Part shown: piece after piece, positions 1 to 9,851 of the stretch
Layout: every line of letters begins with the position of its first letter
How positions within the stretch are numbered: position 1 is the stretch's first letter
IMG/VR virus record: IMGVR_UViG_3300036399_001571
Coordinates: 96,001-160,000 of that record
Origin: a virus
Direction: 5' to 3' (one strand)
DNA length: 64,000 nucleotides
Position numbers and translations under genes: made by a program
Notes under the pieces: generated by a model
What the model was told of the DNA's origin: nothing
Seen by the model: only the letters and a program-made list of their open reading frames with translations
Database searches by the model: none

Positions 1-155
1 GTAAAGCGCGTTGCGTGGCTGAGTCTCGTCCATCCAAGTTCGTTATTCCAGTACATGTCAGGAGAGTCGTCATCGTGCTCGCTGACACTAAGAATTACGA
101 ATTCAAGAGGCTTGTCAATCGCCTTGTTCTGAATGAGGGTGAATTTATTCTGCAT
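1..155 (-). CDS. Hypothetical protein, 3' end runs off the window
   Basis: Manual translation from ATG at 155: MQNKFTLIQNKAIDKPLEFVILSVSEHDDDSPDMYWNNELGWTRLSHATRF, open to position 1. Confidence 0.65.
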   Translation of the reverse strand, partial: MQNKFTLIQNKAIDKPLEFVILSVSEHDDDSPDMYWNNELGWTRLSHATRF

Positions 156-333
156 TGAAAACTCCGTCGTTGTAATCCTGTACGAGTTCTGCCAGTAGAC
201 CATCAACAAAGTTTTCTACTCTTCCCTCAATCTCACTTCCGACGTTCTTCCATTCTTCATCGGTGAGCGGACCTTCAATCCAGTGTTCAAAATCTTCTCT
301 AGTAACTGGTTCAAACTTTACTTCTTTTTCCAT
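145..333 (-). CDS. Hypothetical protein
   Basis: 62-aa ORF with AAGGAG SD upstream; co-oriented with neighbours. Confidence 0.75.
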   Translation of the reverse strand: MEKEVKFEPVTREDFEHWIEGPLTDEEWKNVGSEIEGRVENFVDGLLAELVQDYNDGVFNAE

Positions 334-382
334 GACTGCTCCTTGTTAGTAGTTGTTAGTAATTCTATATCGAATTTAGTGA

Positions 383-424
383 ATCCCCCCAGCGTTGAAA
401 GGAGGGTAAGGACGCTGAGGGGAT
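383..424 (-). terminator. Stem-loop downstream of the vWA gene, with a C/U-rich loop on the sense strand
   Basis: ATCCCC(C)CAGCGT / ACGCTG(A)GGGGAT inverted repeat with loop TGAAAGGAGGGTAAGG (+ strand). Confidence 0.55.
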
Positions 425-487
425 TACACCTGCGCTGATTAAAGCGCATGCCGTGGAGCGCAAGTCCGCACCCCACGGCACACCTCG

Positions 488-2020
488 TTAGATAAGTTCA
501 GTTCCGTTCAGTTCCTTGTATGTTCGCTTAAACATTTCAGGATAGATACTCACTGCCTTATCGCCAGCCTTTAGTTTTTTCAGTTGGTCAATCGCTTCGT
601 CAACATGAGGCACAACAACGATGTTGTTTTTCTTGCAGAAGTTAATGCACTGCATAGCAAGCACTGCTTCATAGTTGCCACCCGCACCGCACACTCCACC
701 GTCAGTTACCCAAATAATTGGTGACTTAGAAGTTTGCTTCTGCTTCACGCCCCACTCAATCGCAGGGAAGTCAACTCCGTTGCCGTATCCAACGCTCGGA
801 AGTTCATTAACCATTTTGCCTTTATGAGAAACAACCCAAAGGTTCGTTATGTTTGGGTCACCTTTATCGGTGTACACAGCCACAGTTGCACCCGGAGCAT
901 GCTCAATGATTCTCGTAAGTTGTTCTCTGCTGAATGACATTGAACCACTTCCGTCAATGATTACAACTCCACCAGTGCCACGAATTACCTTGTCAAAGAT
1001 TCTCATCTGTGGGTCGGTAATCATTCGGTGCATTCGGCGTGGACGCATTCCCATATTGGAAGCAACACGTTTCTTGCCCAAGTTGCCTTTTGACAACACT
1101 GGCATTGGCAGAAACTCAATGTTCAGTTTTTGCCATGAAGCAACTCGGTATGTCGCATTGGAACTGGTGATTCCCTTGTATGGGTTTCCGTCCTCTTTGC
1201 CTTGGTCAGTTGGCTTGATTCCCTTGTTGGAGTGTTTGCCACTACCTTCACTGGTTTCGTCACCTTCCTCGCCCTCTGATTCCTCACCGTCTTGACCAAG
1301 AGCCTTGCGGAGTTTTGCTTCCTCACGCTCTCTGCGAGCCTTTTCTTTTTCCTCTGCTATCTGCTCGGGTGACTTTGCGCAAAGACGGTCAACCCATTCA
1401 GCCAGTCGTTCTGTGTGAACGAATCCCAAAGGGAATAGACCGCTAGTTGGGTCAACTTTTGTGGAAGCAAGGTTTGAATACTTGTCAGCCTTTTTCATTT
1501 CCTTGACTGCTCGCTTGGAGATATCAAGAAGTATCGCACCCCACTCTCGCTTGTGTCTGCGGATTCCGTTTAGCAATAGTTTGTTGGACGCAGTGCCAGC
1601 AGTAGCAACTGCCATTTGCACAGCACCAGCCCAATCCTCTGTCGCACCAAGTCGTTCACCGTCAGCCGTTTCTCCACCGTCTGCAAGGTCGTTCTTAACA
1701 TCAAAGCCAGCCTTTTGGCAAAGATAGTTAACACGCAATTCCTCAACCACAGTCATTGATTCTTGGGTTGCAATCTTGCGTTCAATCCATTTCGACCAAT
1801 CATCAGCAGGCGATACTTTTGCGTGAACCATTTCATGCGCACGAATTGCCCGAGCGAGTGAATCATCATCAGTAGGAACTTTCATTTCCCTTGTAACGAT
1901 GTTGGTGCAAGGTTCGCCACGAATTGCACGAACCTCGCCCACCGTCCACACGCCACCTTCCACATCGTTGCGTGAAAGAAACTCGGGTTCAGCCGAGATA
2001 CGTTTTTTCACAGTTTTCAT
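488..2020 (-). CDS. vWA-domain protein with an N-terminal HExxH metallopeptidase-like motif (CobT/DUF2201-like partner of a MoxR AAA+ ATPase)
   Basis: AHEMVH motif; acidic linker; MIDAS DGSGS and IWVTDG; overlaps the AAA gene by 4 nt. Confidence 0.8.
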   Translation of the reverse strand: MKTVKKRISAEPEFLSRNDVEGGVWTVGEVRAIRGEPCTNIVTREMKVPTDDDSLARAIRAHEMVHAKVSPADDWSKWIERKIATQESMTVVEELRVNYLCQKAGFDVKNDLADGGETADGERLGATEDWAGAVQMAVATAGTASNKLLLNGIRRHKREWGAILLDISKRAVKEMKKADKYSNLASTKVDPTSGLFPLGFVHTERLAEWVDRLCAKSPEQIAEEKEKARREREEAKLRKALGQDGEESEGEEGDETSEGSGKHSNKGIKPTDQGKEDGNPYKGITSSNATYRVASWQKLNIEFLPMPVLSKGNLGKKRVASNMGMRPRRMHRMITDPQMRIFDKVIRGTGGVVIIDGSGSMSFSREQLTRIIEHAPGATVAVYTDKGDPNITNLWVVSHKGKMVNELPSVGYGNGVDFPAIEWGVKQKQTSKSPIIWVTDGGVCGAGGNYEAVLAMQCINFCKKNNIVVVPHVDEAIDQLKKLKAGDKAVSIYPEMFKRTYKELNGTELI

Positions 2021-2742
2021 CGTGCCAACTTCTCAATCGCAATAGCGTCAAGAATTGACTGCGCCCTGTCACCGAATGTCAACTGGCTTGCTCGCTCGTC
2101 ACCAAGACCCTTGCGGAGACTGTCGTAAGCGATGAATGCTCGCAGTGAGATACGGCGTTCGCCAGCGTCAGCCATACGAACTGCGAACTGGCGCAATTCA
2201 GGTGAGAGACGAAGCAAAGCGTCAGGGTGTGGTTCGTTGATACGAATCTTGATAGGGAATCGGTCAGTGAGAGCAGTTGGCAATTCGCCCATGTTCTCAA
2301 CATTGGTGGTCATAATTGCAGAGAAGCCTGCTTTTGGACGGTGGACACGGGCAGTGTCAGGGTGTTCAAACGAAGCCGATTCAGGTGAATCCAACATCGC
2401 CAAGAGCGTTGCATAAACATCGCCCGAAGCCTTGTCAATTTCGTCCACGATGAGACGACCACCTTTAATGCCGTTGCCTTCCCAAGCCTTTAAAGCCGAC
2501 CCGTCAAGCCACTTAGTGCCACCCTTACCGTCAGGTAGGAATGTTCCAGTAACATCCATATTGGTCATGTCCTCGGTGCATACCAATCGGAATGCGCCTG
2601 CTTCAACATCGCCGATAGTCATACCAGCGTATGTCTTGCCGATACCCGAAGGTCCGAAAAGGATTACTCGGTCAACACCGTTGTTGAGAGCGTCCTCTAG
2701 GTCTTGCCAGCACTGTGGCAATTTGGTTTGTGTAGTAGTCAT
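2017..2742 (-). CDS. MoxR/CbbQ/NirQ/CobS-like AAA+ ATPase
   Basis: Walker A GPSGIGKT, Walker B LIVDEID, sensor-1 TTN, Arg finger ALTDRF. Confidence 0.85.
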   Translation of the reverse strand: MTTTQTKLPQCWQDLEDALNNGVDRVILFGPSGIGKTYAGMTIGDVEAGAFRLVCTEDMTNMDVTGTFLPDGKGGTKWLDGSALKAWEGNGIKGGRLIVDEIDKASGDVYATLLAMLDSPESASFEHPDTARVHRPKAGFSAIMTTNVENMGELPTALTDRFPIKIRINEPHPDALLRLSPELRQFAVRMADAGERRISLRAFIAYDSLRKGLGDERASQLTFGDRAQSILDAIAIEKLAR

Positions 2743-3026
2743 TTCTGTTTCCCTCCTTAAGGGTGTTTGGTTAGTTGTAGTTACCTTACAGCAGGCGATA
2801 TCAGATTTACAAAATCGCTTTACACCGTGAGGCAGTACCTACCCTAGGGCATGCGATATCAGATTTACAAAATCGATTTATCCCCACATTACCTATAGAG
2901 CAATTTTTTGATTTTTTTGCAGGGGTGTAACAGGGTTTCCCCGGGGCTATCAGCTCTTATTGTTAGGCATACCTAACAGGTTCGGCCGGGGCTCTAGGGT
3001 CGAGCGGCCGGCAAATGACCGGTGGG

Positions 3027-3209
3027 TTAGTTACAACCGCAACAGGCAGAGCAGAAAACTACTTCGCCATGTTCACCGCAGTCAGCGCGGCGCGACTCAC
3101 AAATAATGCAATTTTCTGCAGACATGGCAGCCTGCGCACGACGCTCCGCCTTTTTCTCTCCACGGTTCTTGCCTATCTTGTAGACAACATAACCACCGAG
3201 TAGACCCAC
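3027..3209 (-). CDS. Small membrane-anchored Cys-rich protein
   Basis: Hydrophobic N-terminus; CIIC..C..CSACCGC C-terminus. Confidence 0.6.
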   Translation of the reverse strand: MGLLGGYVVYKIGKNRGEKKAERRAQAAMSAENCIICESRRADCGEHGEVVFCSACCGCN

Positions 3210-3715
3210 TAGATACCAGCCTGTCTGTCAGCCTTAGCGTCCCTGACTTCCCAAAGACCTTTCTTGACCTTACGGAAGGTTGGACTCTCTTGGACGTATT
3301 TCAGAGTGGTCGGGTAGGAGAAGCCACACTGCTCCATAAGTTGCTCTGTGGTGAACTGCTCAAAATGGTGCTGGTTCGCCCACTTCAGGAACGAGTCCCA
3401 CTTGTCAGCCCGCTTCTCGGTCTTGACCTCATCTACGACAGACTCCTCATCTACCTGAATACCGCAGTACTCACTAGATACCTCTGCGATTACAGCGTCA
3501 GGAAGCGAATAGGAGAGCATGGCACGGATAGGACTGCCCTTTGCTCCGTCACGATTCCACACTTGGAGAACATGTAATGCCCTTGTGTAGTCACTGATAC
3601 CTTGGGCGACTTCCCGTGGCACGGCGAACTTATCCCCGAACTCGTCAATGGCTTCAGCCCAACGAGAGGTGTGGATATCGGTAATGGTTGATTCGGTTAT
3701 TGACTTTTTCAACAT
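3209..3715 (-). CDS. Hypothetical protein, possible C-terminal HTH
   Basis: 168-aa ORF directly downstream of promoter copy 3753 with GAAAGGAAG SD. Confidence 0.75.
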   Translation of the reverse strand: MLKKSITESTITDIHTSRWAEAIDEFGDKFAVPREVAQGISDYTRALHVLQVWNRDGAKGSPIRAMLSYSLPDAVIAEVSSEYCGIQVDEESVVDEVKTEKRADKWDSFLKWANQHHFEQFTTEQLMEQCGFSYPTTLKYVQESPTFRKVKKGLWEVRDAKADRQAGI

Positions 3716-3902
3716 AGTAGATACTTCCTTTCACCACCCACCTTACAGGAGGCGATATCAGATTTACAAACAGACTCTTCCACCACCGTCAAGATAAGGC
3801 GGCCCCCGGAGGTCATCACATTTTTTGATTTTTTTGAAAATAAAGCTCCAGGCTCTTCGGCCGAACAGTGCTACTACCCACTATCCGGCCCGAGCCCCGG
3901 TC

Positions 3903-4181
3903 TTACCCTTTTGTTTTTTCGAAAGATTTGTTCCACGTGTGCGTGTAGTAGAAACTTGCAGTCGTCTTAAGCTTTCCCTCGATGTGGAATTTAACTCGAA
4001 GGTATTCAATAGCCGCCGCTACCTCTTCATCCGTGAAGTCGTTGTCCGTGTCGTTCTCCCAGTAGCCGTTTAAAAAATCGCTTTTTGCTGTCTCCACCGC
4101 ATCTTCACCGGTGGTGGACAGTGTGTAGTAATTCTCCTCAAGAATCTCTGCAATTTGGGCGAGCACATCCATGTCAATCAT
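3903..4181 (-). CDS. Hypothetical protein
   Basis: 92-aa acidic ORF with stop/start coupling to the upstream gene. Confidence 0.7.
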   Translation of the reverse strand: MIDMDVLAQIAEILEENYYTLSTTGEDAVETAKSDFLNGYWENDTDNDFTDEEVAAAIEYLRVKFHIEGKLKTTASFYYTHTWNKSFEKTKG

Positions 4182-4588
4182 TTCGCTTCGCCTTTCAACA
4201 TCGTGTAGAGGTCGTCTATGACGCCACTAATACTTTCTTCAACAGTTTCGTTGATGTTGTTTTCAATTTTCTCTTCAATCTTTCCCAAGCCGGCAACGAA
4301 TACATTCCACAGTTCCTCTAGTGATTCCTGCTCTTCATCCGTGAATTGGTCGCCCATGGGTATGAACCTGATTTCTACAATGCCATCAGAAAGTAAATCC
4401 ATAAGTTCTTCAGGGGTAATAGATTCACGGCGTTTAGCGGAATACATCCGTCCATCCTTGGTAAAAATACCAGTGGTCATTCGACGATTTGCGTCTCTGT
4501 AGATAGAGAGGGCTTCAACAATCAGGTTTATTTCATCGAGGGTGAAACGTTTGCTGATTTGTCCAGTTACTGCTTTTTTCTTAGCCAT
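4178..4588 (-). CDS. Hypothetical protein
   Basis: 136-aa ORF, translationally coupled. Confidence 0.75.
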   Translation of the reverse strand: MAKKKAVTGQISKRFTLDEINLIVEALSIYRDANRRMTTGIFTKDGRMYSAKRRESITPEELMDLLSDGIVEIRFIPMGDQFTDEEQESLEELWNVFVAGLGKIEEKIENNINETVEESISGVIDDLYTMLKGEAK

Positions 4589-4806
4589 TACAAGGTCCTT
4601 CCTGAGAATTCAAACCATTCATCATAGGTCATACCAATAGTTCCAACAAATTCTGCATTCTCATAGAAGTCCATGATAAAGCCCTCATGGGTGATTCCAA
4701 TGTTTATGAACTTGGCGTTGACCTCGTCATAGCCACTAGTAAAGACGGTTACATCCTTGCGTGAATGCTGATTGACATCAAATGTCATCTTCTCATTGTC
4801 GCTCAC
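4588..4806 (-). CDS. Hypothetical protein
   Basis: 72-aa ORF, coupled. Confidence 0.7.
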   Translation of the reverse strand: MSDNEKMTFDVNQHSRKDVTVFTSGYDEVNAKFINIGITHEGFIMDFYENAEFVGTIGMTYDEWFEFSGRTL

Positions 4807-5207
4807 TTGTCACCTGCCTCGTCTAGGTGTCGCTTGATTGAAGCCATTTCAGCCAAGTACTCATCAAACGACATTGCGAACGGGAACTCAATCATGTTGA
4901 TGTTGTTCAGGAACAGCGAGTCCCTGAGGTCTAGTTGTTGCCAAAGGTCCAGCAGTTTGTATCCAGCACTCAGGTACTGGTCAAACGCAGTCATCCATTC
5001 CTCGGCAATGCCTACAGACACCCAAGAGTCCTCACCTTCCACCAAGGAGAGCGAACTGCCGTTGTCCCAATCAACACCGATACACATAGCGCCAGCATTA
5101 TCGTATGGCTCACGCGTAACGGTCCCTAGGTCACCCTTGCGAATCCGTGTATACGGGTCGCTAGTGCCGACTAGTTTGATTCTTTCTCCGACAAGTGTCT
5201 TTGTCAT
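4803..5207 (-). CDS. DUF4314-like protein
   Basis: Start revised to MTKTL (AAGGAG SD); GERIKL..SDPY..GDLGTV..IGVDWDNGSSLSL pattern. Confidence 0.65.
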   Translation of the reverse strand: MTKTLVGERIKLVGTSDPYTRIRKGDLGTVTREPYDNAGAMCIGVDWDNGSSLSLVEGEDSWVSVGIAEEWMTAFDQYLSAGYKLLDLWQQLDLRDSLFLNNINMIEFPFAMSFDEYLAEMASIKRHLDEAGDK

Positions 5208-5259
5208 GATTTTCTCCTTAGTAGTAGTTGAGGACATCTTAGGGTATCCGATATCAGAT

Positions 5260-5541
5260 TTACAATTTTTTAGGCATCGGGTTGCTCTGACTCACATTGT
5301 AGAGCCAGTCATCTGATGTTGGTGCTGTTTCTTCCTTTAGCCTGCGTCCACTACTTTGTCCTTCAATGATTGTGATGCCGAGAGAATCTAGGTAGTCTCC
5401 AGCTTTCATGTGAATTTCGGTCATGAGGTTGTGAACCCCATCCTTTTCAACATCGTCGCTTTCAAACAGTTCTTTATCCAAAGCGAATGTAAAATTGACT
5501 TCGTAAAAAGGTGTATCTGCATCTATTTCTTTGCGTGTCAT
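5260..5541 (-). CDS. Hypothetical protein
   Basis: 93-aa ORF in operon. Confidence 0.65.
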   Translation of the reverse strand: MTRKEIDADTPFYEVNFTFALDKELFESDDVEKDGVHNLMTEIHMKAGDYLDSLGITIIEGQSSGRRLKEETAPTSDDWLYNVSQSNPMPKKL

Positions 5542-5542
5542 T

Positions 5543-5761
5543 TCAGATGCCTTCTAGAACATCTGATGGCTTCACCTTGAGCGCTCCGCAGAGCAAGATG
5601 AGTGACTGAAGGCTAGGTGAGAAGTGTCCGTTCTCAATCCGGTTGATGGTCTTGCGCTCGAGCCCCGCCTTCTTTGCCAACGCATCTTGCGAGAGTTCTC
5701 GCTCAATACGCAAATCACGAAGTCTTGCACTAACCCGTGCTTCTTTCTTTTCGGTATTCAT
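5543..5761 (-). CDS. XRE-family helix-turn-helix transcriptional regulator
   Basis: LRDLRIERELSQDALAKKAGLERKTINRIENG..PSL pattern. Confidence 0.9.
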   Translation of the reverse strand: MNTEKKEARVSARLRDLRIERELSQDALAKKAGLERKTINRIENGHFSPSLQSLILLCGALKVKPSDVLEGI

Positions 5762-5794
5762 GTTTCTCCTTGTTAGGTGTTTATTTGGTTTATT

Positions 5795-6460
5795 TCAGTT
5801 TGCACTGAAAATCTGTTGTGAGGTCATGGCTGTATCCATGCCTTCTGCAATCTCAAATGTGAGAGCGTCTTTCCATTCCGAATACTTTTCGTCAAAGTTC
5901 TCGTCGTCGTCGTCGTATTCAGGTTGTCCCTGCATTTCGTGTTCACCTTCTGCAACAATCTCTCCTTTGTGAAAGACCATGTAGCCAGCAAAGAAATCTG
6001 CTTCCTCTGTGAAGTGCATTCCGAATACAAGTTCAGGGAACTGTTCGGAGATGTTCCTCATAAGACCAACCGCAGGGCTCCAAGCACTTTCCCAGTACAG
6101 CGTTATTGAGTTGCTGTTCTCGTCAAATGTGTCCTCGTCAAAATCAACACGGCAAGCACCCCATTTAGTGTCCCAGTTAGCATTCGCCCAGTCGTACCAG
6201 TCCTTGTGACCGTACTTAGCGAGATTTGACTCTTGTTGCTTGCGGTGTTCTTCTGCCTTCTCTTCACCAACATATCCTGAAACTGTTTCGTGCAGTTCTG
6301 TTGGAATTGGGAATAGTTGGTTCATGTCCCATTCTGTTCTGTTCCATTCAGGAATTGCTTTCCACTCTTCAGTCTGCTCAATGCGAATAGCCTCAATGAA
6401 CCGCTTCAGTTCTTTGTTGCTTCCACGAACTTCTCCGTATTGGTTGCACCAGTTAGGCAT
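5795..6460 (-). CDS. DUF1281/YubB ferredoxin-like domain protein
   Basis: MPNWC start; WYDWANANWDTKW; WESAWSP motifs. Confidence 0.75.
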   Translation of the reverse strand: MPNWCNQYGEVRGSNKELKRFIEAIRIEQTEEWKAIPEWNRTEWDMNQLFPIPTELHETVSGYVGEEKAEEHRKQQESNLAKYGHKDWYDWANANWDTKWGACRVDFDEDTFDENSNSITLYWESAWSPAVGLMRNISEQFPELVFGMHFTEEADFFAGYMVFHKGEIVAEGEHEMQGQPEYDDDDENFDEKYSEWKDALTFEIAEGMDTAMTSQQIFSAN

Positions 6461-6523
6461 TTCATTCTCCTTTTGTAGTAGTAGGTGATGTAACTATACA
6501 GGTACAAATATCAGATTTACAAA

Positions 6524-7021
6524 TTAGTACCATGCGTCAGACCCGTTACATTCATTGGCAACCCAGCGCAACCACCAAATGGCGTACTTGACTTCCTTGT
6601 CCAAGTTCTCACCGTCTTTGGTTACGGTTCCCATTTCGGTCATGCGGTTTTCCATGTCGTCTGCCAAAGCGAGGCATGATGATGGTGACTTGTATGTGCC
6701 ATCTTCGTTGTCGCCATAGAACGAATACTCAAAATCAGGAAGTTCCAGTGCTTCTATGAGGAAGTTGCCGTACTTACCCCTATACCAGCAGTCTGTTCCG
6801 AACATGCCAGTAACACTTCCTTCTTGCAAATCAGTCTTTGATACAGAGATGAGGTAAGGGCATTTGCCTTGTGCCTGCGTTTCTCTGCAGTCAATTCGCT
6901 TTTCAGATAATCCTGTTTCTTCGTCAACAATGGCTACGCCGTCTTTGTCAAGAATGTCAACTTTTACAGCAGTGCCAAGACGCTCGCAGGCGTATCGGTG
7001 TGGGATGTTGTCTAAGCCCAT
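6524..7021 (-). CDS. Hypothetical protein
   Basis: 165-aa ORF after promoter copy 7066 with AAGGAG SD. Confidence 0.8.
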   Translation of the reverse strand: MGLDNIPHRYACERLGTAVKVDILDKDGVAIVDEETGLSEKRIDCRETQAQGKCPYLISVSKTDLQEGSVTGMFGTDCWYRGKYGNFLIEALELPDFEYSFYGDNEDGTYKSPSSCLALADDMENRMTEMGTVTKDGENLDKEVKYAIWWLRWVANECNGSDAWY

Positions 7022-7169
7022 GTGGGAATCTCCTTAGTAGTAGGTGAGTACCACTGTAGCGACCCTGATATCAGATTTACAACTCTCTTCCGCCACCGTC
7101 ATGATAATAGAGGCGTATATGACCTACGGTTTTCCGGTGCGCAGGTCAGGCATCATGCCGGCATGAAAG

Positions 7170-7183
7170 CGAACACCTGTTCG
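7170..7183. promoter_or_regulatory. LexA-type SOS box CGAAC-ACCT-GTTCG
   Basis: Perfect inverted half-sites matching the actinobacterial/Firmicutes LexA consensus. Confidence 0.65.
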
Positions 7184-7236
7184 CATAGCCCCGGTGACTC
7201 AGTGGCCGCCTTGTACACCGGGGCTTTACGAGATGA

Positions 7237-7548
7237 TTATTCGCTTTGAGCTATAACCAAACTTCCATCGAGAATTTGCCATCCGTCTTCATGGTCATTC
7301 CAAATGATGGAGACTACCTCTTTGATTCCGTCTAGGTAATAGAAGACATCATCATCCTGAACTCCGAAGTCATCCCACTGCAGGTAGACAGGGTCTTTAC
7401 TGAATGAGAGGTAGTAACTCCTTGTGTCAGAGTCATCATCCCATTGAACTAGTGCGTCCATGCCAACCAGGATTCCCTCTTTAGCAATTACATTTTTCAG
7501 GTATTCCTTCAGTAATCGGAGCGTGAGTAGTGCTTTTCTAATCATCAT
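7237..7548 (-). CDS. Hypothetical protein
   Basis: 103-aa ORF, coupled. Confidence 0.7.
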   Translation of the reverse strand: MMIRKALLTLRLLKEYLKNVIAKEGILVGMDALVQWDDDSDTRSYYLSFSKDPVYLQWDDFGVQDDDVFYYLDGIKEVVSIIWNDHEDGWQILDGSLVIAQSE

Positions 7549-7862
7549 GCGCTCACTACATCTATAAGTTGTACGAATGAATCCAGTGGCTCGCTTGCGT
7601 CAGGGTACGCCCTCATTGCGTCATCAAGGAACAATTGGTAAGCACCCAAGTTGTCATGAAAGTAGCGATTCGCTCCGCCATCTCCATAATTTTCGACTCG
7701 GCAAACAGTAATCCCTTTTCTTTGAATTTCTGCAGTCCATACGATTCCTTTAGACGTTTCCATCTCGTGGATTATCTTGAAGTCGTACTGGCTAGCAATG
7801 TCGTCCACTGCTGGCTCTGTCACGAAGAGTTTTAGTGACGGTGGAAGTGTTGAATAAAGCAT
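7545..7862 (-). CDS. Hypothetical protein
   Basis: 105-aa ORF with AAGGAG SD; VENYGDGG motif. Confidence 0.75.
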   Translation of the reverse strand: MLYSTLPPSLKLFVTEPAVDDIASQYDFKIIHEMETSKGIVWTAEIQRKGITVCRVENYGDGGANRYFHDNLGAYQLFLDDAMRAYPDASEPLDSFVQLIDVVSA

Positions 7863-7899
7863 GATTTCTCCTTGTTAGTAGTTGTTTGAATTCTAGTCG

Positions 7900-8418
7900 T
7901 CAGCAGATTTGAAATCCACCGCAGTTCTCTAGGAACTCTGCGAACCGCTTGACATTCTCCACATCAAACGGGTAGGAAGTGAGCCACGATTCTTTAGTGC
8001 CGATTCCATCACAGGCATTACACCAGCCATAAGTGCGTCCAGTAAGAATCTGATTTTCAGGAGAGAGTTCTTTAGTGGGCATTCCCATTTCCACGCCTAC
8101 CTCGTCATTGCGAATGCCAGTGCATTCACAGAGTTGGCACGCTTCACGGGGAAGTGAGGAACGCCACTCATTGTAAGTCTTTGCGTACTTCTCAACCGTG
8201 CCATTTTCAAGGTCTATCTTGAGTGACCAAGCCAATGATTCAGCCAATGCTTCATCTAGCCCGTCACCGTCGTTTGAGTGCCAGTACTCGCAACCGCTAG
8301 CAATGTCGTCATAGTTGTTGCAGATAAAGTCTGCCAGTGGACGCCAGTACCACACATTGTTGCGGAAGTAACTGCCCGTTTCATTCTTTGGATTTACTCC
8401 AATGACATCCATTCCCAT
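7900..8418 (-). CDS. Hypothetical protein with a CxxC...CxxC (DnaJ-like) Zn finger
   Basis: YFRNNVWYWRPL motif; CQLCECTG and CNACDGIG. Confidence 0.75.
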   Translation of the reverse strand: MGMDVIGVNPKNETGSYFRNNVWYWRPLADFICNNYDDIASGCEYWHSNDGDGLDEALAESLAWSLKIDLENGTVEKYAKTYNEWRSSLPREACQLCECTGIRNDEVGVEMGMPTKELSPENQILTGRTYGWCNACDGIGTKESWLTSYPFDVENVKRFAEFLENCGGFQIC

Positions 8419-8506
8419 TTTCTTGCTCCTTGTTAGTAGTAGTAGGTAATGAAATCTTACAGTATCAAATATCAGATTTACAAAATCGAGCTAGAGCCCC
8501 GGGCTT

Positions 8507-8857
8507 CTAGTCGCTGTTCGCTTCTATGTACTGACGCACCGCTTCCCGTAGGGCAAAACTTCGTTCAATACATTTTGACATTGCTATTCGGTTCAGTTGT
8601 TCCAAGTCATTCTGCGATATCCTAAACACGCAAATTGGGTTTATTTTTCCTTGCTCTAAGTGCTCGTCGTGCGGCGGTAACAGATTGGCTTTTCGTGACG
8701 CCATTATCCGCTTGTTAGACGTAGATATAGAAACATTCATTCTCTGCGCAACATAGCGCTGTACTGGAATGCGCTTGCTTAGTGCTTCTCTATAAAGGTC
8801 TGCAACAACCTCTAGTTCTTCGTGTGTTGTTTTTCTACCTTTATGCGTTCCTATCAT
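8507..8857 (-). CDS. Putative DNA-binding protein (HTH-like N-terminus plus C-terminal ribbon-helix-helix)
   Basis: CVFRISQNDLEQLNRIA..RSFALREAVRQYI resembles CopG/RHH. Confidence 0.55.
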   Translation of the reverse strand: MIGTHKGRKTTHEELEVVADLYREALSKRIPVQRYVAQRMNVSISTSNKRIMASRKANLLPPHDEHLEQGKINPICVFRISQNDLEQLNRIAMSKCIERSFALREAVRQYIEANSD

Positions 8858-9321
8858 ACGCTTGCTCCATCAAATGGACATTGAGCAACTTCACCGAATA
8901 CAGCCTCGTACAAGTTACGCCCGTCTTGCCACTCACTCCAGTCACCATCTGACGAGATAGAGACACAAGAGCCGTAGATTTCTTTCGCCCGAATAAGTAT
9001 CGCCGTAACTACAGCGTCATACGGTTTCATAGCAGTCTTGCAAAAATCAAAGATTTCAGGCTCATTTTTTCTCCACTCAACTTGAGTTGGCATTGCTTTC
9101 CAAGTAAAGGTTTCGTGAGACATATCATCTATGCCATTGAGACTGAACTCGCCTTCCGTGAATTGAGGTGAAGTTCCATTCTCTCCACTCCAGTCGCCTA
9201 GTTTTATGCCAATGGTGTATGCGTGTTCGCAAATAGCCTTAGCGTCTAGTGCAAGTTTGCCGTACATATAGGCAGACCCAGCGTTGTTTCGTGGTCGGTA
9301 GTTGTAATGCGTGTAACCCAT
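8854..9321 (-). CDS. Conserved phage hypothetical protein (MGYTHY family)
   Basis: MGYTHY start; HETF; FCKTAMKPYDAVVTAIL; SSDGD motifs. Confidence 0.75.
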   Translation of the reverse strand: MGYTHYNYRPRNNAGSAYMYGKLALDAKAICEHAYTIGIKLGDWSGENGTSPQFTEGEFSLNGIDDMSHETFTWKAMPTQVEWRKNEPEIFDFCKTAMKPYDAVVTAILIRAKEIYGSCVSISSDGDWSEWQDGRNLYEAVFGEVAQCPFDGASV

Positions 9322-9375
9322 AGTTATTGCCTTTCGTTAGTAGGTGGTAGTACCTTATCAGACCCGATATCAGAT

Positions 9376-9582
9376 TTACAATTGCTCATAAATCATCAGT
9401 TCTTCTTCATCAGAGAATGGATTTGAGTGCCGACCAATTCCAGTTACCCACATTTTTCGACCTTGCTGACCGCTGTCACCAATTGCGTCTTGCACCTGTG
9501 CTATCGCAAGCCCCGCTGCCGCTCCATCATCAACGCCTGTTACATCAAGCGTGACCATTACTGTCACTCGGTATGTATTCAT
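9376..9582 (-). CDS. Hypothetical protein
   Basis: Start revised to MNTYRV (TAATG overlap with the upstream gene). Confidence 0.6.
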   Translation of the reverse strand: MNTYRVTVMVTLDVTGVDDGAAAGLAIAQVQDAIGDSGQQGRKMWVTGIGRHSNPFSDEEELMIYEQL

Positions 9583-9851
9583 TAGTAAGTACTCCAATCG
9601 TAGTTGTCGTTTTTGTGTGCGATTTCCTCTGAACAAACTCCGATTACCTTTAGAGTTTCGCCGTCAATGATACGGCTACATTTCTCGCAAAGATAAACCT
9701 GCCCGTCCCAATCTCCATAGATAGTTGGCGAGACAATCTCTCCAGTCCTTAGGCAAGAGTAAAAGCCCTCGTAGTTTGGTTGGTTGCCACATAGGCACTG
9801 GAACCAATCAGTAGTGCCACCTATGAACTCCTCAAATAGTCGGTTGCTCAT
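9582..9851 (-). CDS. Small Zn-binding hypothetical protein
   Basis: CLCGN and CEKCSRII motifs. Confidence 0.7.
   Translation of the reverse strand: MSNRLFEEFIGGTTDWFQCLCGNQPNYEGFYSCLRTGEIVSPTIYGDWDGQVYLCEKCSRIIDGETLKVIGVCSEEIAHKNDNYDWSTY

Noticed and set aside
3929-3941. Third parS-like site (TGTTCCACGTG...)
   Set aside because: Only a half match and inside a coding region; the right arm is absent
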